64,000 bases of DNA. It comes from a virus. The position numbers were made by a program, and so were the translations under genes. This document shows positions 27,172 through 36,256 of this stretch, one piece after another (positions within the stretch are counted from its first letter, which is position 1; every line of letters starts with the position of its first letter). The stretch lies in IMG/VR virus record IMGVR_UViG_3300025108_004281, positions 1 to 64,000 of that record. One strand, given 5' to 3'. The notes beneath the pieces are model-generated. The model searched no databases. It had not been told where the DNA came from and saw only the letters and a program-made list of their open reading frames with translations.

Positions 27172-27334
27172 CGTTCTCCTCTATTGGATTATCGTAATAA
27201 TCATGTGTACCTGCTCTATACCTTGCTTTCCTTTCAGAAACAAGTACACTACTCATATAGGCAAAGTATGCCGCTACTATAACAAACACTATACCTATAA
27301 AAAAATTAACAACTGTCATTAATGCTTCAATCAT
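27158..27334 (-). CDS. Small membrane protein, 58 aa
   Basis: Manual: MIEALMTVVNFFIGIVFVIVAAYFAYMSS...AGTHDYYDNPI. Confidence 0.5.
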   Translation of the reverse strand: MIEALMTVVNFFIGIVFVIVAAYFAYMSSVLVSERKARYRAGTHDYYDNPIEENDEQN

Positions 27335-28553
27335 ATTTTGCCTTTGCTACCTTTCTTCTGTAATGCTGTCTGTCTCTTTGTTGTTCAAGACCTAATCCAG
27401 AAAGTACTTTTAATGTTCTTTCGATAGTGCCATTCTGATAGTCACTAATCTTACCGATATTGTATTCGCTTAGGTTATCTGTTTTAATGTCATCAAACAT
27501 ATTAGACAGTTTGCTTACACAATCTTCCATACTCCATGGAACGTATAAGTGTCTACCGTTGTTAGCAAATACTTCTGGGAAACTTCTATATGCTGGATAT
27601 AGTGTAAGTGTACCAAATGTATCGGCTTCACTAACAGTATTGCTTACCCAATCTTGCAATGCACAATTGAATAACACTTTACTGTCTGCTAACAAATTAT
27701 AGTAATCGTTTTTCTTTAAGCCTGTGTAAATTTTAAAGTTTGCAGTATCACCTTCTTGTAATGCTAATGCTCTATCAACATACTCTTGATCTGAACTTTT
27801 AAGTTCTGGGTGTCCACAAAAGATTGCAAACTCAACAGTAGGATCTATTTTGTAATACTCCTCTGCTAAGTCCATATAAAAGTGTGGTTGCTTCTCATCG
27901 TCCCAACGTGCCGCAAAGCCTACTCTGTTACTTCTTTCATTAAGTGGCTTAGGATTAGGAACACGTTCTTGCACTTCTTCCTTACCAAACGGTAAGCCTG
28001 TTACATATATAGGCTTCTTAAATCCTGCTGTTCTTAAGTGTGCTACAAATTCTTCACTTGCTACAATAATACCTGTAACAAACTCATCTACCATTTGTTC
28101 ATATCTACGCATCCAGTCAAACATACCTTCTCTAATAAGGAAGTCATCTGGGTCTGTTGTTTGTGCTAAGAACCTTAGGAATACTTTAGGTCTGTATTCT
28201 TCTGGAGACTGGTCCATTATGTAAGGTAAACATTCTAAGCCTGGTGTAAACATATCTTCATAGAAGATTACGTCATCGCTTGTGATTTCACCGTTCTTCA
28301 TTTTCTGTACTAAGTTCATTGTTTGACTTAGACTGTAATAACTTCTTCCATGTGCATCAAGTACACTACCTGTAACGATTGCTTTACTGTTATCAAGTTC
28401 TTCACCTTTGATTATTTCATAATCAATATCATGCTTTTTAAACTCTCGCTCGTTCCAGTCTTGTAATTGTAATGTGTATCTTGCTTCATAAGACTCAAGA
28501 CCCATGTAGAACAATTTACGCATTTTCATTTTGTACAAATTACCTTCCTCCAT
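27327..28553 (-). CDS. Glycosyltransferase, GT-B (GT4-like)
   Basis: FAARWDDEKQP, YYNLLADSK, LQDWVSNTVSEA, PAYRSFPE. Confidence 0.75.
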   Translation of the reverse strand: MEEGNLYKMKMRKLFYMGLESYEARYTLQLQDWNEREFKKHDIDYEIIKGEELDNSKAIVTGSVLDAHGRSYYSLSQTMNLVQKMKNGEITSDDVIFYEDMFTPGLECLPYIMDQSPEEYRPKVFLRFLAQTTDPDDFLIREGMFDWMRRYEQMVDEFVTGIIVASEEFVAHLRTAGFKKPIYVTGLPFGKEEVQERVPNPKPLNERSNRVGFAARWDDEKQPHFYMDLAEEYYKIDPTVEFAIFCGHPELKSSDQEYVDRALALQEGDTANFKIYTGLKKNDYYNLLADSKVLFNCALQDWVSNTVSEADTFGTLTLYPAYRSFPEVFANNGRHLYVPWSMEDCVSKLSNMFDDIKTDNLSEYNIGKISDYQNGTIERTLKVLSGLGLEQQRDRQHYRRKVAKAKYD

Positions 28554-28573
28554 ATAGATTCTCCATATTAGTT

Positions 28574-28604
28574 ATTATATCATTTTTTGTGGCCAATGTC
28601 AACC
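28574..28604 (-). promoter_or_regulatory. TTGACA-17-TATAAT promoter
   Basis: -35 28597-28602, -10 28574-28579. Confidence 0.8.
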
Positions 28605-29192
28605 GTTTTTCCTTTTAAATGATGTATCGCCATCTGCGTACTTGTGATTAATTTTGCTGTGATGTTGTTCATCTGCTCTAACTTTTTTAATCAAATCACT
28701 TAACTTAGCATCATCCTTCATTTTATAATATTTGATAGCAAGTTTAGGTGCAGGTACATTTGGCACTTCACCACTTTCAACTAATTCTAAATAACTAGTA
28801 TAACTTCTTACTGCCTCTTCTTCAAAGTAAGCAATCATTCTGTGTGCTGTTTTGTAATCTATTATATACAATACAGAGTAAAATAACATAAAAATAAATT
28901 GAGCAAACAAAACCAAATACCTTTCAAACCAATTAGGTTGTGCTATCTCAATAAAGAACATTAAGTGCATTCTTTCATTCTCTGCTTCTGCTAACATCTC
29001 TCTTATGTCAGGCCCATACCCAACTTTCATCTTACGCAGGCTTTTCATGTGTAACCACATACCAGCAACCATGCCAGGAACACCTGCTACTGTTTCTAAT
29101 ACAACTGCTCTATGACCATAACGTTTAGCAAAGAATGTATCTGCTATAAAGCGAAAAAACTTTGTCATGCTCATTGCTAACTTGTCTCGCAT
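28599..29192 (-). CDS. aox: Alternative oxidase (ubiquinol oxidase)
   Basis: LETVAGVPGMV, EAENERMHL, FEEEAV.SY, RADEQHH di-iron motifs. Confidence 0.93.
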   Translation of the reverse strand: MRDKLAMSMTKFFRFIADTFFAKRYGHRAVVLETVAGVPGMVAGMWLHMKSLRKMKVGYGPDIREMLAEAENERMHLMFFIEIAQPNWFERYLVLFAQFIFMLFYSVLYIIDYKTAHRMIAYFEEEAVRSYTSYLELVESGEVPNVPAPKLAIKYYKMKDDAKLSDLIKKVRADEQHHSKINHKYADGDTSFKRKNG

Positions 29193-29698
29193 TAATCAAT
29201 AACCTCGTCTTTGGTATATTTTGTCCAGTCTGTAAATCCTTTTCTATTTTGTAGTTCATGTAAACTATGACACCAAACACCTGGATTAGTTGCTTTAAAG
29301 TCTTTGTCATCTAGTTTAAGTGTAGCATTGTAGTTAAATTGATTAATGTAAGGTAACTTAACACTAATCATTGGTATAAATGTACTATACTCAGTCCAGC
29401 CACATTCTAATACTCTTTCTGCTAAACTAACATCAAAGTCTAACGTAATCCAAATATCATCTTTTAAAAGTCCAGTAATAAGTTCGTCCCAACCCTGCCA
29501 ATCCTTATCAGTTGGAGGGTTGAAACTTTGGTTGGCACCCAAATAGATATGTGGACACCCGCTGTTTAATGCCCTAGCAAGTATTTCTTCCTTAGGCTGA
29601 TAACCAACTACAAATAATGTTTTTTGTCCGTATGCAGGAGATTGCTCTACCTCAGTACCAACAAAAAACTTTACGTCTTCGTGTCCTTCTCTATCCAT
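29192..29698 (-). CDS. Conserved hypothetical protein in the dpdA operon
   Basis: FFVGTEVE.SPAYG.KTLFV, HIY.GAN.SF, KLDD.DF.ATNPGVW. Confidence 0.65.
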   Translation of the reverse strand: MDREGHEDVKFFVGTEVEQSPAYGQKTLFVVGYQPKEEILARALNSGCPHIYLGANQSFNPPTDKDWQGWDELITGLLKDDIWITLDFDVSLAERVLECGWTEYSTFIPMISVKLPYINQFNYNATLKLDDKDFKATNPGVWCHSLHELQNRKGFTDWTKYTKDEVID

Positions 29699-29895
29699 TA
29701 GTAACTAGTGTACCCCCATTTAATTAACTTATCCTGAAAGTCTACACCTTCTTCAAGGTCTACAAGTCTAACAGGCATTGTTTTACCGTCTTTAGTTTCT
29801 ACTATTTCCATTGTTGCACCATTCTCCAACACATGAAATTGTACGTCATGCCCTTCGAATGTGTATGTACCACTGTATGCTTTATTCTCCGTCAT
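29698..29895 (-). CDS. Hypothetical protein
   Basis: ORF track, GGAG RBS. Confidence 0.5.
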   Translation of the reverse strand: MTENKAYSGTYTFEGHDVQFHVLENGATMEIVETKDGKTMPVRLVDLEEGVDFQDKLIKWGYTSY

Positions 29896-31423
29896 AATCG
29901 GCCCTCATTATATCTTCTTGCATGTCTGCTTCACTGTCACCTGACTCGTATTCTTCTGTTTCGAATAACGAACCAAATGTAGTTTGCTCAGCACTACCGT
30001 CTGAGAAACTAATCTCTTTTAAAAATTCTTTGTTATCTTCTAACATTTGTCTTGCATTGGTGTTATTTGGATCTAACACTTCTTCTGCAAAACTATCGAA
30101 CATCAAAATAGTACCTGGTACATAAGGAGAAGTTTCATTGCTCACACTACTGCCTTTTACCTTCTTCCAGTTCTTCCAATGTGTAGGTGTTCTGTGTTTT
30201 TCCATATCAGCAAGTCTGTTTGCTTCTTGCGTTGCTGTAATGTGATTGTAAACACTATGACCCATATAAAGTGCATAACTTAGTGTGTCCCAACTAGTTG
30301 TAGTCTCTTTACCATTCCTATTAACATCACCATGTCCTAAAACACAGATGTCACCAACTGTAAGTCTACTCATTATAGGGGAATGTGCAAAAGGCATAGG
30401 CATCTTTGATCCTTTGAGATCTTTGTTATCGAATGCTCTATCCATAAAGTATCCGAATCGCTTGGCTCTAAACTCATTATGTGTGTAGGTTTGGCCATAT
30501 GCTGTATTAACAAAAGGTGATGCCGCATCAAATGATAGTGTAATATTAGGATTGTCATATTTTCTCAACTGTCTTTGGATACTAGTAAGGTGACATGCCC
30601 AATTAAGGCGTCCAGTACCCAAGAAGTGTATCCAATCCTTACCTTCAAGTAAACCATCTTCTCTAAGATCCAATAGTCTACTTAACACACTATACATGTG
30701 TTTCATATTGATACCAGCGAATGCGTAACCTTCTAAGGTTCTATTCTCATCACCGTATGCTTCTTGCACAAAACTTTTATTGGAAAAATGCTTTACAGCA
30801 TCATACCATTGTTTGCTATTTTCTTCGTTACTACCACTTAACACATTTAAGAACTTGGTAGCACCTGGTGTTCTGTTCCTCATAAAATAGTCTAAATTAA
30901 GTAGACTAATATCTAGTGTGTCTTGAAATTCTGTAAGTCCTGTTCTTTCACTTAGTTTACCAACTGCCGCAAAAGCAGGAACATCTAATGTCATACTCCA
31001 GTCTGCTGTATGCTCTAACCACGTAAGTATCTTATTACAAAACTCTGTTCTAGCAGGGTCATTGGGATCTTTTGCATTACTCCAATCCATTTTAATAACA
31101 CCAGTAGCAAGTTGGAAACCACCTGAGTCTCCTAGTATCATTGTTTTGCTACGGTCTCTGCCTTGTATCATTGGTTCACGTTCGTCACTTTTTACAGGAT
31201 CTAAGTGTGCGTGTCCACCGGAGTATAGACCCCATGGATAATGATAATAACTATTCTCAGGATCAAGGAAGTTCATGCCTTGTGTGCCTTTTTCAAAGCC
31301 TTCAGGACATCTCCATTCACTTGGATTAGCATTCATCTTTTGTAATTGTGTTACATAGAAGCCACTAATAGCAGGCAGGTAAACTGCCCAATCCTGGTGC
31401 TTCTTTCCTAAGTCTTCTGTCAT
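29882..31423 (-). CDS. dpdA: DpdA/TGT-like DNA guanine transglycosylase
   Basis: TGT-fold motifs LGDSGGFQ, MTLDVP, IHFLG, SFDAASP; co-occurs with folE/queD/queE. Confidence 0.75.
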   Translation of the reverse strand: MTEDLGKKHQDWAVYLPAISGFYVTQLQKMNANPSEWRCPEGFEKGTQGMNFLDPENSYYHYPWGLYSGGHAHLDPVKSDEREPMIQGRDRSKTMILGDSGGFQLATGVIKMDWSNAKDPNDPARTEFCNKILTWLEHTADWSMTLDVPAFAAVGKLSERTGLTEFQDTLDISLLNLDYFMRNRTPGATKFLNVLSGSNEENSKQWYDAVKHFSNKSFVQEAYGDENRTLEGYAFAGINMKHMYSVLSRLLDLREDGLLEGKDWIHFLGTGRLNWACHLTSIQRQLRKYDNPNITLSFDAASPFVNTAYGQTYTHNEFRAKRFGYFMDRAFDNKDLKGSKMPMPFAHSPIMSRLTVGDICVLGHGDVNRNGKETTTSWDTLSYALYMGHSVYNHITATQEANRLADMEKHRTPTHWKNWKKVKGSSVSNETSPYVPGTILMFDSFAEEVLDPNNTNARQMLEDNKEFLKEISFSDGSAEQTTFGSLFETEEYESGDSEADMQEDIMRADYDGE

Positions 31424-31425
31424 GT

Positions 31426-32169
31426 TTAACTCTTAGCAGGTAATATGTATTTGTATTCGCCTAAACCACTGTCAATAACAATTTGCATTGCACCTGCATT
31501 AGCAAAACTAACAGTACAATTAGCACTATCGCTTAGTCTTAGAATGCTTAGTGCTTTATCAATTTCCCATTTCCAGTTACCGGATAGTTCGCCATCGACA
31601 TTGTTGTTGATTGGTAATTTACCTTTATCACCGGCACCTTCGCCAATGCTAAAATATAATGCACCATCTTCTGTACTTGGAGAGAACACAGGTTCAAAAC
31701 CACCTAACACACCATTGAAGTAACCTAAGTCTTTTAAGTTCTTCTGTGATGGCACAATAGTAACGTCCCATGGGATCTCTTTCATTGTAACAGATTTTAG
31801 TTGCTGATTAATTACATCTGCTAACATAAATCTGTAACTACCAGTGTGTCCTTCTGCACTTTTAAAACTAATTTGTACAGGTATGTCATCTCCGTTTCTG
31901 CTCTGTGTTTCTACACTTACTTCAGAACCTTCGTCTACAAAACCTGGAAATTTTAAATATCCATCTAGTACACTCATTCTGCTAAGACCTACTGTTTGAT
32001 CTACAAAGTCTGCTACAGGATTATGTAGTTTACCTTGCAGGATAACAGTTTTGTCTGCATCCATGGCTTCAATTGTAGTAGACGACTCATCGCCACTAAT
32101 CTTAACCATTTCAATAAAACCTAAGGCGTGAGTATGCCTTAGTATGTCTTTAAATATATCTTTTATCAT
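31426..32169 (-). CDS. Sliding clamp (gp45/PCNA-like)
   Basis: 247 aa, directly downstream of polymerase, terminal GAMQI..DSGL..Y.YILPA. Confidence 0.7.
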   Translation of the reverse strand: MIKDIFKDILRHTHALGFIEMVKISGDESSTTIEAMDADKTVILQGKLHNPVADFVDQTVGLSRMSVLDGYLKFPGFVDEGSEVSVETQSRNGDDIPVQISFKSAEGHTGSYRFMLADVINQQLKSVTMKEIPWDVTIVPSQKNLKDLGYFNGVLGGFEPVFSPSTEDGALYFSIGEGAGDKGKLPINNNVDGELSGNWKWEIDKALSILRLSDSANCTVSFANAGAMQIVIDSGLGEYKYILPAKS

Positions 32170-32233
32170 ATGTTGTCACCTCTTATATTAAAGTTATTAT
32201 TTAGGCCTTTACACCTAAAAAGTTTATAAATCC

Positions 32234-32258
32234 TGGCCGTTTGATACCTAACGACCAA
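32234..32258 (-). other. Hairpin immediately after polymerase stop
   Basis: UUGGUCGUU-AGGUAUCA-AACGGCCAG on minus strand. Confidence 0.4.
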
Positions 32259-32259
32259 G

Positions 32260-34965
32260 TTAATCATCAAAATCAAATAAACTATGGAATGTATTACTAG
32301 TATCTGTCTGCGACAAATCCCATTTTAGTACATTCAATAAGTTTTCTACTTTCTTATCAACTACTGCCTCTTCCATTGCATCGTCATCAAAAGGCAGTTG
32401 TTTAAACCAATCTGGTATATGCATTTCATCTGTTGGGTATGCAATACTTGTATAACCCATTGCATTACTCTTTAACCTGCACACAATTACTTTCATACCA
32501 TCTGTTATTTGCATACTGTATTGATCACTGTTTGCTTTTAACATGTTATTCCAGTTAATACTTGCTCTAACATGCCCAGGAATCATTACTTTCTTTTCGT
32601 CTTTGAGTTTTTCTAACTTGTAAAGACTAGCACTCTTGTTCATACTGAATGCTTTATTGTATGCTTCTGTGTAATATGTTAAGTTGTTTACCCTTTTAGG
32701 CATACCTTTCTTCCAAGAGTCCATTGCTTTGAACTCCTTCTTAAACTCTCTTACACTTGCAAGTACTTTTGTTTCACCGTCACCGTTTAGTGTCTGCCCT
32801 AGTATGTCACTTAAGAAGTCTTGCACAAACTCAGGTGTGTCTGATCTCTTAAGATCTAGGCCCATTACTTTAAGTTTTCCGCCTTCTGGTTGCCAACCTT
32901 CTAAGTCTAATACATTGATAGCATACCTTTTCTTAGTAATAAAGATACCTGCTCTACCAACAACTTCTCTACCTGCTTTAAGTATATTACCTTGACTAGT
33001 AGAAATGTTAAAGGCCTGTTTAGCAAATGAAGGGAAAGAGTCACTAACTGTATCTGAAATATTATCATATAATGCAATAGCACTATCCATGTCTAACTCA
33101 ATATCTTGCTTTTTACTAATTTCATGAGCACTAAAATATACAGAGTCAGTATCACCATAAACAATAGTATCGCCTGTGTGATCATATTCGCCAGTCAACA
33201 TTTTGTTTGTTTCTGCTCCCATGTGTCTAGTAATTGCTCTACCAGTGAGTGTTGTACTTTGTCCTATTCTATGGTCAAAGAACCTACTACCTGGATTACA
33301 AATAGCACCATATGTACTGTTAAGTAAAATTTTTCTAACTAACTGTCTCTTATCCCAGAATGCTATGTCCTCTGGTGTTGTTGCTTGTTTCTTTTTAGCC
33401 TGTAATTCTTGTCTCTCTGAATACCATTTCTCTAATAGACCGGGTATAATACCTTGTACGTCTGTTCTATATACAGTACCATTTGCACTAATGCACCATG
33501 GCTCCTCGCTATTAAACAGCATGTTATACACGTCAGCACCTTTAACACTAATTTCTCTTTTGTCTTCTAAGTCTAATATAAGTGGCTTGTCAACATCTTT
33601 AGCCATAACCATTTCATATTCATTAGTACCAAACTTACCTGCCCATGCATCTGCAAATGATTTCTTTTCTATTTGCATTTTTTCTGTAATTTCTTTATCT
33701 GTGTACTCTTGCCTTAGTTGTCCTACAATAGTTTCAGGAGCCATATTCAATGCTCTAATGACACTAGGATACAGACTGTTTATGTCCATCGACCCTACCC
33801 ATTCATGCATACCTTTCTTAGGAAATGCCACATAGGCACCTGCTACTGTATGCCCCCATGGGTTATCTGAATCTTTAGTTCTATTTCTATCAGGAACAAC
33901 CATGCCACGTCTGTGTGCTTCATTAACTATTGCTTGGTCAATAGTCTGTACCGCACCCATTGTTACTGGAAGTAATACTGTATTTTGATGTGCAATCTCA
34001 CTGGCAAGACTTATAAACTGCAACTTATCATCTAGTTTCTTAAGTAGCATTGTGTCTTGTATGTTATACTCTAAGAACAGTTCAAAGTCGTGATTGTATA
34101 GTCTGTCTAAACTACCATCATACACAACTTTCTTTTCACCTACTTCCATTTCACCAATGTAGTCTAGTCTGTAACTATGACGCTCTTCATAGTTATACTT
34201 TCTGTACAGTTGCATATAGTCTAAGTGTACACGACCTACTAAGTCATATGTTTGTGTTTCTCTACCGTGATTAACATATTCTCTTTTAATCACGTTTTTG
34301 TCTAGTAAACACAGACGTCTTGTTTCGCTTTTACCTAACACTTTGATAATTCTGTTTACAGTATAAGGAATATCATAACCTTCACTGTTCCAACCACTCA
34401 ATATATCTGCATCATCTATGAGACTAAGAAAAGCATCTAACATTGCTTTTTCATTACCAAACAATATAGTGTCGCCTACATTATCTGCTATCTTTTGTGC
34501 TTGTTCCCAATTAAGTGTCTTAGGCGGAACTGCTAAACAAACAATCTTATCCATCCAGTCTAAGTAAACACTGATACTGGTAATAGGCATAAATGCATCT
34601 TCAGGAGAACTATAACCTCTATCTGGATCAAAGTCTACCTCGATATCAAAAAAGCATTTGTGTAAGTCTGGTGCATCCATGCCCAAGTAATGATCTGCTA
34701 ATACTCTGTTTACAGGTTTTAGATCACTTTCATATGTGCGTTTGTTTTGATACAATGCAACATTACGTTTAAAGTCTTTCCAATTGTTTGCTGTAATCTT
34801 ACTTACTGGGTCGCCATACACACTATGCTGTTTGCCTTTAGGATCATCTACATAAAAGTAGTATCGCATAGGGTGATCAATAATCTTGCGTTCGCCCTCT
34901 TTAGTACGTTCAACGACTCTTACTATGCCTTTGTTCTGTTCAAAAACTGCGTCAACGTAACTCAT
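32260..34965 (-). CDS. DNA polymerase family B (gp43-like)
   Basis: Exo FDIE, GWNSEGYD, YNIQD; Pol DINSLYPS, KILLNSTYG, YGDTDS, KKRY. Confidence 0.97.
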   Translation of the reverse strand: MSYVDAVFEQNKGIVRVVERTKEGERKIIDHPMRYYFYVDDPKGKQHSVYGDPVSKITANNWKDFKRNVALYQNKRTYESDLKPVNRVLADHYLGMDAPDLHKCFFDIEVDFDPDRGYSSPEDAFMPITSISVYLDWMDKIVCLAVPPKTLNWEQAQKIADNVGDTILFGNEKAMLDAFLSLIDDADILSGWNSEGYDIPYTVNRIIKVLGKSETRRLCLLDKNVIKREYVNHGRETQTYDLVGRVHLDYMQLYRKYNYEERHSYRLDYIGEMEVGEKKVVYDGSLDRLYNHDFELFLEYNIQDTMLLKKLDDKLQFISLASEIAHQNTVLLPVTMGAVQTIDQAIVNEAHRRGMVVPDRNRTKDSDNPWGHTVAGAYVAFPKKGMHEWVGSMDINSLYPSVIRALNMAPETIVGQLRQEYTDKEITEKMQIEKKSFADAWAGKFGTNEYEMVMAKDVDKPLILDLEDKREISVKGADVYNMLFNSEEPWCISANGTVYRTDVQGIIPGLLEKWYSERQELQAKKKQATTPEDIAFWDKRQLVRKILLNSTYGAICNPGSRFFDHRIGQSTTLTGRAITRHMGAETNKMLTGEYDHTGDTIVYGDTDSVYFSAHEISKKQDIELDMDSAIALYDNISDTVSDSFPSFAKQAFNISTSQGNILKAGREVVGRAGIFITKKRYAINVLDLEGWQPEGGKLKVMGLDLKRSDTPEFVQDFLSDILGQTLNGDGETKVLASVREFKKEFKAMDSWKKGMPKRVNNLTYYTEAYNKAFSMNKSASLYKLEKLKDEKKVMIPGHVRASINWNNMLKANSDQYSMQITDGMKVIVCRLKSNAMGYTSIAYPTDEMHIPDWFKQLPFDDDAMEEAVVDKKVENLLNVLKWDLSQTDTSNTFHSLFDFDD

Positions 34966-35212
34966 TTAATTTGTCCGAATATTTTAACATAAATTTATAT
35001 TTGCTTGCCTCTGTTATAAACTTTGCATATATTTTTGCTACTGGTTTATAACTGCTTGTATAGTCTACTTCTCTAGAAAAGGTTGCTTCTTCACCAAATG
35101 CAAAGAAAGGAATCATTGTGTCATGCAGGCGATCTTCGAAGATGTGCTCATAGTCAGCATCATCTGTCCATTGCATGTCAAATAAATATACCTTTTCTAC
35201 AGTCAGACTCAT
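34952..35212 (-). CDS. Hypothetical protein (leaderless)
   Basis: TTGACA(35241-35246)-16-TATACT(35219-35224), 6 nt to ATG. Confidence 0.55.
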   Translation of the reverse strand: MSLTVEKVYLFDMQWTDDADYEHIFEDRLHDTMIPFFAFGEEATFSREVDYTSSYKPVAKIYAKFITEASKYKFMLKYSDKLNELR

Positions 35213-35272
35213 ATTAGTAGTATAACAGATAGAACTATATTGTCAACCTGTTTTTAGTTTATTGGTCCTGTT

Positions 35273-35539
35273 TTATAAGTGATCTTTACCGACTGCGGCT
35301 AGAATAGTTTCTAGTGCATCAAACTTGTCTGTTTCGTCAGTAAATGATGCCTTATGAGCAACTTTAACTGCTTTCATAAGGATTGCAGGTTTAATATCCA
35401 TTTCTTCTGCTATTGCTTTAACAGTTTCTCTTAAACCTACTTGGAGTGATTCTACTTCGTAAAGGACTTGGTCTCCTTCTTGAACTAGTTTTTTAAGTCT
35501 TGCGACTTCTTCTTGATTGAATGTTTTATTGAACGCCAT
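35273..35539 (-). CDS. Small dsDNA-binding protein (T4 DsbA/GapR-like)
   Basis: RLKKLV.EG...E...L...L.ETVKAIAEE..IKP..L.KA.K.AHK. Confidence 0.55.
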   Translation of the reverse strand: MAFNKTFNQEEVARLKKLVQEGDQVLYEVESLQVGLRETVKAIAEEMDIKPAILMKAVKVAHKASFTDETDKFDALETILAAVGKDHL

Positions 35540-35574
35540 AATAATCCTGTGTGTATGTAATTAATTATCTAAGT

Positions 35575-35603
35575 ATTATACTAAAAAAGTAGATTGTGGT
35601 CAA
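35575..35603 (-). promoter_or_regulatory. TTGACC-17-TATAAT promoter
   Basis: -35 35598-35603, -10 35575-35580. Confidence 0.8.
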
Positions 35604-35606
35604 GTA

Positions 35607-35912
35607 CTAATATTCAGTACTGGCCTCAAAGTCCCAATCGACCACATCTAATTCTTCTGCAAGTATATCTGCAATTTTAGTGCCTTCCTCAGCACTAATA
35701 TCTTCTTCAGTTAATACTTCGTACACTTGTACATCATCTGATTCGTAATGGACTACTTCTGCTTTAACTTTATTGCCACTACCATCAAATGATGAAAATA
35801 CTTTGGTAGGAACAACACTTTGAACTATGTCAAAAAAGTCAACAATATCATCACGTGATATTTCCTTTTCAACTACAATCCTTACAAAATGTTTTCTTAC
35901 CTTATCTACCAT
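35607..35912 (-). CDS. Hypothetical acidic protein
   Basis: ORF track. Confidence 0.55.
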   Translation of the reverse strand: MVDKVRKHFVRIVVEKEISRDDIVDFFDIVQSVVPTKVFSSFDGSGNKVKAEVVHYESDDVQVYEVLTEEDISAEEGTKIADILAEELDVVDWDFEASTEY

Positions 35913-35917
35913 AGTAA

Positions 35918-36244
35918 TTACTTACCTTTACTAAATGCTTGAGCACCAAAGAAGGCGGCAACGATACCGGCAACTGCTACAAAGTATGTAGCGGCCATGT
36001 CACCTAGTATTTCACTTGCTTGATTTAAGCCAGCCAATACTGCTATTACTACTGCAAAAGGATACAGTAACATACCACTTAGTGCAAACCAAGCCATGCT
36101 ACGTTGAGCATCTCTCATTGCATCTAGATCTTCAAGTTCTTTTCTTTTGAACTCTAAGTACATTTGCTCTTCTGCTTTTGAAACTTTCCCATCTCCATTT
36201 GTATCAGCCGGATGGTGTACTGCTGTTGTTGTTTCTTCTGCCAT
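35918..36244 (-). CDS. EF-hand-containing 2-TM protein (holin candidate)
   Basis: DTNGDGKVSKAE EF-hand loop; two TM helices, basic C-terminus. Confidence 0.55.
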   Translation of the reverse strand: MAEETTTAVHHPADTNGDGKVSKAEEQMYLEFKRKELEDLDAMRDAQRSMAWFALSGMLLYPFAVVIAVLAGLNQASEILGDMAATYFVAVAGIVAAFFGAQAFSKGK

Positions 36245-36256
36245 TATGTTCTCCTA

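Noticed and set aside
29882-31423. Annotation as a tRNA-modifying Tgt (queuosine auxiliary gene)
   Set aside because: It lacks the CxCxxC zinc site and overall similarity of bacterial Tgt. Its position in the replication cluster favours a DNA-acting DpdA, though this is not proven.
33203-33835. 210-aa plus-strand ORF and similar antisense ORFs (20918, 50039, 52785)
   Set aside because: They are antisense to well-supported genes, with no recognisable motifs or expression signals.
32260-34965. Intein or intron in PolB or other core genes
   Set aside because: The length (901 aa) and motif spacing are normal, with no intein termini or homing endonuclease motifs.
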